This document shows, piece by piece, positions 1-13,012 of a DNA stretch of 64,000 bases. The notes beneath the pieces were generated by a model. It was not told the origin of the DNA, searched no databases, and saw only the letters and a program-made list of their open reading frames with translations. Source of the stretch: Octopus vulgaris (Eukaryota); assembly GCA_951406725.2 (NCBI GenBank), contig OX597834.1, forward strand, positions 40,734,001-40,798,000, given 5' to 3'. Numbering within the stretch: the stretch's first letter is position 1; every line of letters begins with the position of its first letter. A program made the position numbers and the translations under genes.

Positions 1-1838
1 AATCTTTGAGAAAATATATTGTCACCCAGGAGAGAAGTTACAGAATGGTTGGAGACAGTTACTTCCCCTTGGCAGCTTATTGAAATGTCCTAAATCTATT
101 CCTGTCATTCGATACACGTCTGTATTACTAAGTCACCTCCAGTTTGCTTACAATTGCCGTTTCAGGATCGAATCAATATACACGATTGGTAATTAACCCT
201 GTAAATAAATGAGGATAACATTCTTTAAAATGTTAAATGTTTAAAACGTAACTCAACACTTGCTATAAAATTTAAACAGCTGTCATTCATCGCTCCGAAT
301 TAAATTCTGATTATATGAACATATCGTGATATCTTATTGTGCCTATATTAATATTAGTAAGGCAAAGGCAAGAAAACAAGGAGTAATTTTTTATTTACTT
401 AAGTAAAGATTTCTTTATATACTTCCACTGTTTTGTTTTCATTCCAATTTTCGTTATTCCCCACATTTGGGGAACTACAACCGTGTTTCATGGTCTGCTA
501 CCACAACAGTTCCTTTATAGGGATCCAGTTAGCTCAAGACAACATCAGGAGGAACCACGTCCGGTTTCGGCCCCTACTCCTCTACCGTTTTGACGTGGCG
601 CACCCCAACCCTTTCGGAGGTGTCTTCAGCTCTGGTGTTGGGTGCATGTCTTCTTTCTTCTGTTCCCTGGCCTCTTCGATGTAGCGTCAGACGGTGACTG
701 ACTAACTTGTCAAATTTTTTCCCTTTAAATACCTGCCGCTAGGCTTCAGCAAGTTGTCACAAAAATGAGAAAAGGGCAGCATGTCTTGAATTCCTCTGAG
801 GACAGAGGATAAAGATCCCCTTTATATATAAACAAGGATTCCTCATATATATATGGTGGTTCTTAACTAGGGCCTAAATGACCCTTGGGGTTCGTATAAA
901 AATTTGTTATATAAAATTATGTGCAATCAATTGGTTATGCTTCTACACTATACAAAATATTCGTGGATTTGTATTCTTCACACGGGAATTCATACAATTA
1001 TGCAAAAACCAAAAGGAAAAAAAATTTGGTGCATGATTTAAGGCCAAGCAGATCTCACAATCACCATTTAATAAGCATGAATAAATAGCTTGGAAAAAAG
1101 CTAGGCTTGTTACTATGGAAACAGACATATATCTGAGGCTTACATTTGGCTAAAATTACACAAACATTAAAAGTTATTAACTCTTTATTTATTGATTTCA
1201 TATCGATGATTGGCAAAACAAAACTACATCATTACACCTAATACGAAATCAATTGCAACGGAAATTGAAAAATCGAAGCCAAACAGAGAAGATCTGATAA
1301 TGTTGTTAATTCCATTTCTGTAACTTATCTATCTATATAAACTATACGGATACTATGGAATTCCCAGTATATATCCAGTAGCAGGAGCATTCCCAGCGTA
1401 TGATGACATCAGGTAGCCAATAACTGTGGACGAGCTTTGCATAGCATTCTATAAGGTTTTTACCCGAATCTTAACTATAGATAGGTAGGTAGATAGAGGT
1501 GCCTGGTGCAGTTCTCTGGTTTGCCAGTTCCTGTCTAACTGTCCAGCTCATGCCACCGTTAAATGATAATGACGACGATATACATATGTATATCAGCGGC
1601 GAAGGGTGACTAGGAAACTAGGGCATGCAGTCCACCACACACGCTGAGGCACGTGTGTGGGTGGGTGGGGAATTTCCGAGGGTTTTCCGCCCTCCCCTAT
1701 TCTCTGTGAAAAGTGTATTATATGCTTTGAGATATGGGGAGTCTGCAAAATGAAAATAGTTTTCCCCCTACGATGCACTGTTTTAAAGTAATTAGTAAGA
1801 CACGAGAAACGTGCACGCACACGTTTCCAAAATATATA

Positions 1839-2219
1839 GGTGCAGGCGTGGCTGTGTGGTAAGTAGCTTGCTAACTAACCACATGGTTCCGGGTTCAGTT
1901 CCACTGTGTGGCACCTTGGACAAGTGTCTTCTGCTATAGCCCCGGGCCGACCAATGCCTTGTGAGTGGATTTGGTTGATGGAAACTGAAAGAAGCCCGTC
2001 GTATATATATGTGTGTGTCTGTGTTTGTCCCCCTAGCATTGCTTGACAACCGATGCTGGTGTGTTTACGTCCTCGTCACTTAGCGGTTCTGCAAAAGGAG
2101 GCCGATAGAATAAGTACTGGGCTTACAAAGAATAAGTCCCCGGGTCGAGTTGCTCGACTAAAGGCGGTGCTCCAGCATGGCCGCAGTCAAATGACTGAAA
2201 CAAGTAAAAGGGTAAGAGT
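1839..2219 (+). mobile_element. tRNA-derived SINE, family A
   Basis: Pol III A-box (TGGCTGTGTGG) and B-box-like (GGTTCAGTTCC) head, internal (TA/TG)n, GAAACAAGTAAAAG tail; more than 10 related copies or fragments in the window. Confidence 0.85.
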
Positions 2220-2224
2220 ATATA

Positions 2225-3119
2225 CAGGTACCCCGTGATTAGCAGGCGTCGAAAGGCATACGAAGGAGAAGACGAAAAGGAAGCAGAAAAAAGGGAAACC
2301 ATACCCGAAGATATTTCGGTCAAAAAACTTGAAGAATTGTTACAATTGAAAAAGCAAAAGAACTCGTTCAAGAGATTGATTCAAATGGAAAGAGATGCGT
2401 GAATGTTCGTCGAGGGCTAGATAAGCAAATTGATTGTTATTGTAAAATCACGAAGAAAAGCTACGACAGTTTAATTGAAATTAGATAAAGGTTTTTAGTA
2501 AAAAATAAAATTTACATCTTACTATATTTTTCAATATATTCCTCAATGATTTAAAGTAAATACAATGCATTATAGATGGGCCTTAAGTGAAACAAAATTA
2601 TTATAATTTTGGTATTTTCTAGGGTTACTCTTTACTCTTTTACTTGTTTCAGTCATTTGACTGCGGCCATGCTGGAGCACCGCCTTTAGTCGAACAAATC
2701 GACCCCGGGACTTATTCTTTGTAAGCCCAGTACTTATTCTATCGGTCTCTTTTTGCCGAACTGCTAAGTGACGGGGACGTAAACACACCAGCATCGGTTG
2801 TCAAGCAATGCTAGGGGGACAAACACAGACACACATACATATATATATATATATACATATATACGACGGGCTTCTTTCAGTTTCTGTCTACCAAATCCAC
2901 TCACAAGGCATTGGTCGGCCCGGGGCTATAGTAGAAGACACTTGCCCAAGATGCCACGCAGTGGGACTGAACCCGGAACCATGTGGTTGGTTAGCAAGCT
3001 ACTTATCACACAGCCACTCATTATAATTATTACACTGGTTCTTAGGCTTGGTCAGTGTGGTTTTGGTGTAAGTGGTGTTTCGCAAGAATTGATTAACCGT
3101 GCTAATCAAGGAATTCCCG
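2225..3119 (+). mobile_element. Internally deleted Tigger/pogo-like DNA transposon relic with a nested SINE
   Basis: Imperfect TIRs TA|CAGGTACCCCGTGATTAGCA and TGCTAATCAAGGAATTCCCG|TA; internal sequence reads like a Tigger C-terminus (..VNVRRGLDKQIDCY..). Confidence 0.55.
2626..3019 (-). mobile_element. tRNA-derived SINE, family A
   Basis: Reverse-complement match to 1839-2219. Confidence 0.85.
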
Positions 3120-3524
3120 TAATAGGTATACTATGATCTTTTCAGTTTCTGTTGTGTTGTTGCCACGGATACGAACAATGTTGCTATGGATTTGCCTTCG
3201 GCTTCACCCAATCTATTCTTGCGTCTTTTTTTCCACAACATCTTTGCAGTTAGGGTAGGGCTAGGGTTAGGAAAAAAAGTGAAAGATGAAGAAATTGGGG
3301 GAAGCGGGGAGCGAAATTTCAGAATGCCGATTTTTGTATATCGTCATCATTATCATTTAACGGTGACATGGGTTGGACAGTTAGACGGGAACTGGAAAAC
3401 CGGAGAACTGCACCAGGCACATTTATGTATCTACCTATCTATAGTTAAGTAAGATTCGGGGGAAAAACCTTATAGAATGCTATCCGAAAACGATCTAACG
3501 AGGGTTTTGGTAAAAATAAATAAA

Positions 3525-3905
3525 TGAGTGGCTGTGTGGTAAGTAGCTTGCTAACCAACCACATGGTTCCGGGTTCGGTCCCACTACGTGGCATCTTGGG
3601 CAAGTGTCTTCTGCTATAGCCCCGGGCCTACCAATGCCTTGTGAGTGGATTTGGTAGACGGAAACTGAAAGAAGCCTGTCGTATATATGTATGTGTTTGT
3701 GTCCCTAGCATTGCTTGACAACCGATGCTGGTGTGTTTATGTCCCCGTAACTTAGCGGTTCGGCAAAAGAGACCGATAGAATAAGTACTGGGCTTACAAA
3801 GAATAAGTCCCCGGGTCGAGTTGCTCGACTAAAGACGGTGCTCCAGCATGGCCGCAGTCAAATGACTGAAACAAGTAAAAGAGTAAAAGAGAGAGTAAAA
3901 GAGTA
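3525..3905 (+). mobile_element. tRNA-derived SINE, family A
   Basis: Near-identical to 1839-2219; GAGTAAAA tail repeats. Confidence 0.85.
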
Positions 3906-4114
3906 AATAAAAATTGGGGGGGAACGGGAGGAAATCTTTCCCCTTATTATTTAACACACGCGCCGGTTCGATTTCAATTCATTTACTTTTTTTTTTTCCC
4001 CAAACTTTCGTTGCGTCCTGCAACCTTTTCAATAGTCGCCGCCCTCATCACACACTCAAAGACATGTAAGCGTGTGCTTGTATTTGTGTCTATTTCACCT
4101 GGCATCGCTCCAGT

Positions 4115-4385
4115 CCTGACATTTTGCGCATGTTCAACCGGATCTTGTCCCGAGGAAGAACGTGTGAGAGCAAAACGGCGATGGTGTCACATCCGTTCGT
4201 ATGAATAGACCCGTCTCACACTAACCTATAAATTAATAAATAAGTAGTCATATTTCTCTATTTTATTATAATGCATATACGCAGTAGTAATTCTTCTACG
4301 CACAGTATCTCACTTCACCTCTATAAACTGATATTTGATTGCTATTTGTAAACATTATTTAATCAATGAAAGACGATTTTATGAG
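4115..4385 (+). promoter_or_regulatory. Putative promoter and non-coding exon 1 of ZNF gene 1
   Basis: Locally CpG-richer; GCGCATGTTCAACCGGAT motif; donor GAG|GTACGT at 4385/4386; collinear homology with 13315-13730. Confidence 0.5.
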
Positions 4386-4667
4386 GTACGTCCTTTTTTT
4401 TTGTCTTTGGGTTTGTCATTAAATCGTCTTTTGTTCGTTTTTCTGTTTATATTTCTGTTTTTTTCTTTGATCTGTCATGAAATTCGTTACACTCTGGTAA
4501 CGACCTGTTCTTTTTTTTTTGATCATCTGTCTGTGTTCTTAGGTCCAGCCTGGGGCTAAATTACCAAAAATTACAATAAGCAGGAATTAACCATTTTGAA
4601 GAATTAACCATCTTTATCTTATGTGTACACACACACATACGAATATATGTGTGTGTATATATATATA

Positions 4668-4777
4668 AAAGAAAAAGGTGTTCAGAATGCTGGATGGTTG
4701 TAAAAATAAATATTTATTTACATATAAATATATTTTTTTACAACCATCCAGCATTCAGAACAACACCTTTTTCTTTC
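4668..4777. repeat. Inverted repeat (hairpin) next to a (TA)n tract
   Basis: AAAGAAAAAGGTGTTCAGAATGCTGGATGGTTGTAAAAA mirrored by TTTTTACAACCATCCAGCATTCAGAACAACACCTTTTTCTTT; (TA)n at about 4820-4863. Confidence 0.75.
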
Positions 4778-4817
4778 AAATGTATTAAATCTGTACATCA
4801 CCCCCAATACTTCTAAC

Positions 4818-4870
<53 letters not shown>

Positions 4871-6552
4871 TAATAAAAGGGTAAAATTAATTAATTATTA
4901 ATTAATTTTACCAAGTAGTGTTCAGTATGTAAAAAGACCATTTACGGTATATTTAAAACATTACGTTACATAATTAGGGTTCAGTAAAATAATTTACTTT
5001 ACCACGCACCGAACTTTTAGAAATAGCAGCCAAAAAATTTTTAGCTATTTCCTTTACTATAAGAAAAGTCTCTCAGACAAAGTATACTCAAAAATAATTC
5101 ACGCAGGTATAGAGGGGAAAATAACGAAAGATCACAGGTACATCGATTACTTATATATATATTAATTATGCGGTTAGTGTAGTAGCCATGGTTTGTCATT
5201 GATTGTTACCTGACAAGGAAATTCTACATCGTTCATTAGGAAGGAGGGAAAAAAAGGAACTAAAACAAGCCTGGATCGTAGAATTACCAAAGTAAGCAGG
5301 GGAGATCCTATTTTAGTCGATTTTTAAATAATAATAATAATAAATACTCCCTTCTGAAATTTTTATCTTTATTAAGGAAAGATGATAAAATTTCATAGGC
5401 AGCAGCAATAATTCTTTTTTCGTTTATAGAATTCGATGATTAATCAGTTTTCTCTTGTAGCAGAAATGTGATCTCTTCACATAAATTTACGAATATATCC
5501 ATTGAAGAATTTGCTTTGGTATATATACCATGTACGTTTTTGACTTATCTTTTTAGCATAATGCCAAATGTGAAGTCTAGAACCCTCGAGTGATATCAAA
5601 TTTAAACTCATCTTCTTCAGCATCGAAATTATTGATATTTTTTAATTAAAAAAAAAAGACGTAAGCTCTTCATCCTACATCCCGGTTTCATTAATTTTCT
5701 TGAGTGTTGATCCGTATCTTCTCTTCACAGGCCATTCAATATATATTCCAAGCTGCATTCAACACTAAATCTACTAAATGACATTTATTGCATTTTCTTT
5801 CATAAATTTCATTTACTCCATAATAATTAATAGCAGGGTCTGCATTTCTTTCTATCCTTCCAAGTTAGGCTTTGAAATTATCAGTAGTTTCTCGTTTTTT
5901 TTTTCTTCTTTAATACATTATATACATTTTGTATGAAATAATAAATATCTAGATATATAAATGTTAATGTATGCACATTCTTAGTTGTAGGTCATCGATT
6001 ACTACAAAGGTAGTTGAAATTTTGCACAGTGGTACTTCTTACGAAGAAATGCTACAGGCTTTGATTTTTCATTATATTTACCATAAGAGCAAGGTTAAGT
6101 ACTTCTGCTGCTAATTATACACATCCAGTAAGTAATTGTGAATCTTTAGAAAATTTATCGTATTAAAACTGTGGTTTTACATAATTACTGCTAAGCCATT
6201 TGTATTCATCCAGCAGTGGTTTTTTCTTTCTTTCTATTTGCTGAATGTCTCATAATGTCCACGCTTCAATTCTTTTTCTGTGTCCCAGTTATGTTGTTTT
6301 AATTCAGATGTATCTTTCTCTTAGTATAATAATATCTCATTAGCATAAAGTATGGCATTTTTTTTGAGTAAGACGAGAGAAAAGCTATCTAATGAAGTTT
6401 ATATACCTGAGCTTGTGGGATCGAGCAACCCAATTAATTTTTAATTTCTGCGGATGCATGCAGTTAATTTTTTTGTCTTTTGTACCTAATGGAAAAGTGG
6501 CGTAATTAAATTTGAAATTAACCTGAAATTGTAAAACAGATTACACTTACAC

Positions 6553-6950
6553 ACTTTTACTTGTTTCGGTCATTTGACTGTGGCCATGCTGGAGCACCGC
6601 CTTTAGTCGAGCAAATCGACCCCGGGACTTATTCTTTGTAAGCCTAGTAATTATTCTATCGGTCTCTTTTTGCCGAACCGCTAAGTTACTGGGACGTAAA
6701 CACACCAGCATTGGTTGTCAAGCGATGTTGGGGGGGGGGACAAACACAGACACATAATGATACATACACACATATATATACATATACGACGGGCTTCTTT
6801 CAGTTTCCGTCTACCAAATCCACTCACAAGGCTTTGATCGGCCCGAGGCTATAGTAGAAGACACTTGCCCAAGATGCCACACAGTGGGACTGAACCCACG
6901 TCCATGTGGTTGGTAAGCAAGCTACTTACCACACAGCCACTCCTGCGCCT
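6553..6950 (-). mobile_element. tRNA-derived SINE, family A (intronic)
   Basis: Full-length reverse-complement copy of family A. Confidence 0.85.
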
Positions 6951-7433
6951 GTCATAACAAATTATAAAGTGAATTCATTTGTTCAGCCAATGTCTAATTT
7001 TTCAATATAGAAATGTAGTAAAATTTTCACTGTTAAATCACTTATTTTTTTTTTACTAACCTCTATATCTTATTCTGTTTCTTTATTGCAGAATATCAGA
7101 TGATACAAGCTTAAAACTTCGGATACATCACTATTTATCATCATTTAAGAACTAAAGGAAGATGTTATTCAGAAGAGATATAACACTGTTTGTGTAATTA
7201 CTATGAAATGTTTCCTCTGAAAATCTCTTGTGTTGTCTGGGACATGAAATTGATGATTTCGCATTTTGATTAAACTTGGACAAATTTTACAAAAGGATTT
7301 GCGGTGACTTCAGATATCAACAAAATCACAGAGATGATGAAAATATAGAAAATTCGAAAAGGATAAAATACTTAAACAAAAGTAAATTTATACATTATTT
7401 TTTTTTTCTCTTTTTGTGGTGAAAAAAAGAACA

Positions 7434-8204
7434 ATGATGGAAAACGAATTATGTGGGGACCTGGTTAAGTGTAAAACAGAGCCTGAAAGTATTGATTTTC
7501 CTGAAAAGATGCTTAAAGAGATAAGAAAAACATCATATTACTGTGATATCTGTAAAAAGTCATTTGCTCAAAAAAGTAACCTTACAGCTCATATACGTAT
7601 CCATACGGGAGAAAAGCCATACCAGTGTGATATGTGCGGTAAATCATTCTCGCGGAATGATGATTTAAGCATACATATCCGCCTTCATACAGGAGAGGAA
7701 CGACATCGCTGTGACATTTGTGGTAAATCATTTTCCCATGGAAGCACGTTGACTACTCACAAACGAACTCATACTGGAGAAAAACCATATCACTGTGATA
7801 TTTGTGGTAAATCATTCTCTCAAAATTCTCACTTGACTAAGCACAAACGCATTCATACAGGAGAGAGACCATATCAGTGTCACATCTGTGGTAAATCATT
7901 CTCTCGCATATATACCTTAACTGCTCACATACGCATTCATACAGGTGAAAAGCCATATCATTGTGATATCTGTGGTAAACCGTTCTCTCTAAAAAGTCAC
8001 ATAGCTTCTCACAGACCCGTTCATACAGGAGAGAAACCATATCACTGTGATATCTGTGGTAAATCATTCTCTCAGAAATATCATTTCAATAAACATATGT
8101 GCATTCATATGCAAGAGAAACCATTTCAGTGTGATATCTGTGATAAATCATTTTCCCAGAAATGCCAGCTAAGTGCACACGTACGTATTCATATAGAAGA
8201 GTAA
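7434..8204 (+). CDS. C2H2 zinc-finger protein, 8 fingers (ZNF gene 1)
   Basis: 8 C-x2-C-x12-H-x3-H units with TGEKP-type linkers; first ATG at 7434 (ORF track starts at GTG 7416); acceptor TTGCAG|AATATCAGA at 7091/7092. Confidence 0.93.
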   Translation: MMENELCGDLVKCKTEPESIDFPEKMLKEIRKTSYYCDICKKSFAQKSNLTAHIRIHTGEKPYQCDMCGKSFSRNDDLSIHIRLHTGEERHRCDICGKSFSHGSTLTTHKRTHTGEKPYHCDICGKSFSQNSHLTKHKRIHTGERPYQCHICGKSFSRIYTLTAHIRIHTGEKPYHCDICGKPFSLKSHIASHRPVHTGEKPYHCDICGKSFSQKYHFNKHMCIHMQEKPFQCDICDKSFSQKCQLSAHVRIHIEE

Positions 8205-10466
8205 TTGAGTCTCTCAAAATCCCTTCAATGAGAAAAATACATACCCATAGATATATTCACACTGGACATAAGTGTGGTAACCTCCTCCCAACTTGTATTT
8301 TATTTAATCGCAACTATGTCTACGTTTGGGAGATAACTTACAACTGTGATATTGTTAATAAAAGCATTGTTTTTTAACAGGAAGAAAAGACTCTGTTATT
8401 TTATGTGACATTGAGAATAAATGACTAAGAAATGTATACTCCTGAATCGAGGACAACATCACCGAAGAATACACAAACCACAAAAGAAACCATTTCATCT
8501 TACCATTAGATGATGTACGAGATATCTGATGGATATTCTAGATTACATATGTATCTTGTCAAGGAATTCATACATAAACTTGTGTAATGTTTCTTTTATT
8601 TATAACATGCTTCCTAAAAATAAAAATAAAAAACTTAACGATTAAGCTGAATGCTAATTTGCAAGTGTAACTGTAAACTTCAACTTAATGTAATTTGAAA
8701 AATGGTGATATTTGTGAACTGTCTTCGGTGTTTACATGTTAATTCCACATGCTGTCATGAGTGGGACACAGTTCTCCTCCAAGATATAACATCATCCTTT
8801 GTCAATGTTTTGTCTCGCTCAGAATCTTGAATTCTGACTCCTTAGGCATTGCAAATATTTTTAATAACCTAAAATATAAATAAAGCTGATTTATTCTAAA
8901 GCTCTTCTTTTATCATTTTTTGATGTAACTGAAAATTGCTCTGTCACAATGATAAACTGTAGAATTTACAAACTGTATCCTTGTCGTATGATAAAAGTTA
9001 CACTTTCCTCTAAATTCAGTTTAACTACTTTTACTTTGAAGCTATAAAATTAGGTGCTTGCATGGCTATGTGGTTAAGAATTTTACTTCCCAACCACATG
9101 GTTTTGGGTTCGGTCCCACTGCATGGCACCTTGGGTAAGTGCCTTCCGTTACAAGTTGATCAGAGCCTTTGTGGGTGGATTTGATAGATAGAAAGAAAGA
9201 AGCTCATTGTATGTGTGAGTGTGCATGTAGTTGTCTCTCTGTCTTGCATAATGGTTGTAGAGTGTCATACAAACAAACACTCATTTCCAATATTCTGTGA
9301 AAAGCATGTCTGGTCATGGGGAAATATTACCTTGCTTAGAAACAGGTGAAGGTTGGCAACGAGAGGGTTATCCAACCATAGAAAATCTGCCTCAATAAAT
9401 TCTATCCAACCCATGCAAGCAAGAAAAGGTAGATGTTAAAATGTTGATATTCTATACTAAATAAGGCAGCGAGCTGGCAGAATTGTTAGCATTTTGTCTT
9501 GACGTTCTGAGTTCAAATGCTGCCAGGGTCAACTCTGCTTTTTATTCTTTTGTAGTCAATAAAAATAAATACCATTCAAACACCAGGGTCAATGTAATCA
9601 TCTAAGTGCCAGAATTTGAAATCAATATTATTTTATACTAAATACAGCAGAATTATTCGTGAGTGGGACTTCTTCCAATACTTTGCTATGAGTTCAAATT
9701 CCGTCCAGGTCGACTCTGCCTTTCATCTTTTGAGGTTATAAAACTGGTATCTGTTGAGCCCTGTGGTCATTATAATTGACTTGAACCCTTCTCCCACACA
9801 AAATTGCTGACCATGTGCCAAAATTTGAAACCAATATATTTTGTGTTCAAATACCACCGAGTTCAACTTTGGCTTTCTTCCTTTTGGGGGTCAATAAAAT
9901 AAATACCAGTTGAGCAATGGAGTTAATGCAATCATCTTCCCCTTCCCCTCAAAATTGCTGGCCTTGTGCTTAAATTAGCATCATTTTTATACTAGATTCT
10001 CAGAAATGAGAGATAAGCAATATGATAATTTTGTTGATTAAATAAGCTTAGTGGCTGTTGAGTTAATTTGTGATATATCTAATTGGTTGATGGTATCCAA
10101 GCTAGAAACAGTCTAATTAGTAATGAGAGTATATATCATTCATCATTGTTTGACCATGGTCAAGACAATGGAATTTACTATGTTACGCCAGACTTCACGG
10201 TCCATCATGGCATTACAGAGGTCCTGTTGAATATATATACAAATCACTGATGTGGTTTATAATGTCATACTTATACAAAGTGCAGCAACACATCAAATGC
10301 ATACAGGACCTTTCAGTTTTATTAAATGGAAATGCTGTAAAAGAGTAGTTAGGATCTGCATATGCTGTACCCTGTGTCACCTTCAAACATGAGATGTAGA
10401 GGGATCACTTGTGGGTTAACAGACATAGATATGGTTTGTGTGTGGCAGATGCAGTGGAGCAACATG

Positions 10467-10857
10467 TACCTATTTCTTTACTTCCCACAAGGGGCTAAAC
10501 ACAGAGGACAAATAAGGACAGACAAATGGATTAAGTTGATTATATCGACCCCAGCGTGTAACTGGTACTTATTTAATCGATCCTGAAAGGATGAAAGGCA
10601 AAGTCAACCTCGGTGGAATTTGAACTCAGACGAAATACCTATTTCTTTACTACCCACAAGGGGCTAAACACAGAAGGGACAAACAGATTAAGTCAATTAT
10701 ATTGACCCCAGTGCGTAACTGGTACTTAATTTATTGACCCCGAAAGGACGAAAGGTAAAGTCGACCTTGGCGAAATTTGAACTCAGAACGTAGCGGCAGA
10801 CGAATTCCGCTAAGCATTTCGCCCGGCATGCAATCAATTCTGCCAGTTCGCCGCCTA
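10467..10857 (-). mobile_element. SINE family B, tandem partial copies
   Basis: Repeated CCCACAAGGGGCTAAAC..GAAAGGATGAAAGGCAAAGTC..GAATTTGAACTCAG unit; also near 9463, 11260, 18718, 24490, 30695, 57530, 62046 and 63423. Confidence 0.75.
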
Positions 10858-11874
10858 CATGTGGAGCAACATTTACCATGAGCACACTGGAAATCATGTG
10901 ATTGGTCAGACTATCAGATGTTCCATATCACTGGTGACAATGTGCTTTGCATCGTTTTAGCCTTGGAATCGCTCCACCCGCTGGCTAGGTGAGCCAATTA
11001 ATGTTCCCTGCTGAGTGAAAAGGGGACTGAAGCAATGTAAAATAAAGTGTTTTGCTCAAGAACACAAGACGCTGCCAGGTCTGGGAATTGAGCCCATGAT
11101 TTAACGATTGTGAGTGCAATAGCCTAACCACTTGGTCATGCACATTCACACACTGGAAATAGTCTCCTAAATTCCTGGATGGGTTACTATAGTAACAGTC
11201 AATAGCTTCAGGTACCTAACTGACAGATATTAGCAAGGGAGGTGTTTGTTCAGAGAATATATATTTCTTTACTGCCCACAAGGGGCTAAACCTAGAGGGG
11301 ACAAACAAAGGGATTAAGTCGGTTACATCGACCCCAGTGCGAAACTGGTACTTTATTTATAGACCCCGAAAGGATGAAAGGCAAAGTCGACCTCAACGCA
11401 ATTTGAACTCAGAATGTAACGACAGACAAAATACCGCTAAGCATTTCACCTGGCACGCTAACGTTTCTGCCGCCTTTGGTTCAGAGAATATAGTAATCAG
11501 AGTAAGAACAGGATGGTAAAAGTGCTGAGATCAAATTCCATTGCAGCATTAGTCTTTTCCTTCAGGATGAAGGCTACATTGTGTGGTGCATGTGTTAGAA
11601 TTGTGATGCTACTTGATAGCAAGACATGGACCTTGAAAGTAGAATACTTGGGAACACTAGAAAGAAAGGAAGTGAACATATTCCAATGAACACCAGAGCA
11701 CAAATGAGCCGAGAGAACAACTGGGTTTTAGAAGGATCCGGTGTAATGTGCAAAGGAGAAGGCTGTGTTGGTATGGACATGTGATGTGTATGGAGGTTGG
11801 CAGCAGCATAAGGAAGTGTTGAGCTCTCTAACTGAAACCTATGGAAGAGGGCAAAGAAGGGGTGAAGGTTGGCC

Positions 11875-12183
11875 TTGGCACATAAAAAGCACCATCCGAA
11901 CGTGGCCAATGCCAGACTCCCCTGGCACCTGGCTTTCATGCCGGTGGCATGTTAAAAGCACCAACCGATCGTGGCCGCAGCCAGACTCCCCTGGCACCTG
12001 TGCCGGTGGCACGTAAAAAGCACCTACTACACTTGCGGAGTGGTTGGCGTTAGGAAGGGCATCCAGCTGTAGAAACACTGCCAGATCAGACTGGAGCCTG
12101 GTGCAGTCTCCTGGCTTCCCAGACCCCGGTCGAACCGTCCAACCTGTGCTAGTACGGAAAACGGACGGTGAACGATGATGATA
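11875..12183 (+). mobile_element. SINE-like element, family D, with (GAT)n tail
   Basis: GGCACGTAAAAAGCACC subrepeats, GGTTGGCGTTAGGAAGGGCATCCAGC core, GATGATGAT tail (RTE-like 3' end); many copies. Confidence 0.7.
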
Positions 12184-13012
12184 AAGGACCATTCTAATTA
12201 GTGATACATAGTGCTATAGAAGACCCATCTTCCCATGGCTAAACACACTGACACAAGGGTAGTGTTTAGAAGCCCAGATGTATATTTTTTATACTCTGCC
12301 AAGCGTACCTTTGTTACTCCCTTGCTTTACATCCTCACCCACCTTTCCTGTCTTACATCTCACTGCTCAAAGCTCTCCATCCTCATTTCACCATTCCCTC
12401 TGCTCATCACACCATACACTTCTCCACATTGACCTCCCGTATTCATTAGGCTTTCATATAAAAGACTGTTTTGGATCATCCTCATCCTCCCCACATCCAA
12501 ATTATTCCCTTTCTACACTGAAATTATATATGTGTGTGTGCGTGTATAGATAGGTATGTATTATGTACATATATTAAATGTAGACATGGCTGTGTGGTGC
12601 AACAAATTGTTTCCTAGCCACACAATTTCAGCTTCCATTCCACTGTGTAACACATTGGGTAGGTTTCTTTTATCAGCCCGGGTTGACCAAACTCTAGTGA
12701 AGGAATTTGGTTGAAGGAAACTGAAACAAACCATAATATGTATGTATATTCATGTATATTATTTTATTCTTTTACTTGTTTCAGTCATTTGACTTCGGTC
12801 ATGCTGTAGCACCGCCTTTAGTCGAGCAAATCGGCCCCAGGACTTATTCTTTGTAAGCCTAGTACTTATTCTATCGGTCTCTTTTGCCGAACCGCTAAGT
12901 TACGGGGACATAAACACACCAGCATCTGTTGTCAAGCGATGTTGGAGGGACACACGCACACATACATACATATATACGTAGTCTAGGGCATCTGTCATTA
13001 ATATAATAAAGA

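Noticed and set aside
423-810. GC-richer segment with an 83-aa ORF
   Set aside because: No recognisable motif or second copy in the window; cannot be assigned from sequence alone
1839-1915. tRNA genes at SINE heads (also 16882, 37130-37203, 54740-54814)
   Set aside because: A/B boxes are present but there is no complete cloverleaf, and each continues into a SINE body
2053-3136. Recurring small ORFs such as MLVCLRPRHLAV.. and MSSNARGTNTD..
   Set aside because: They are SINE family A sequence; recurrence reflects repeat copies, not a gene family
7837-8067. Antisense ORFs over ZNF and LINE coding regions (also 20627, 41299-43140, 44481, 59855)
   Set aside because: Shadow frames of repetitive or GC-richer coding sequence with no recognisable domains
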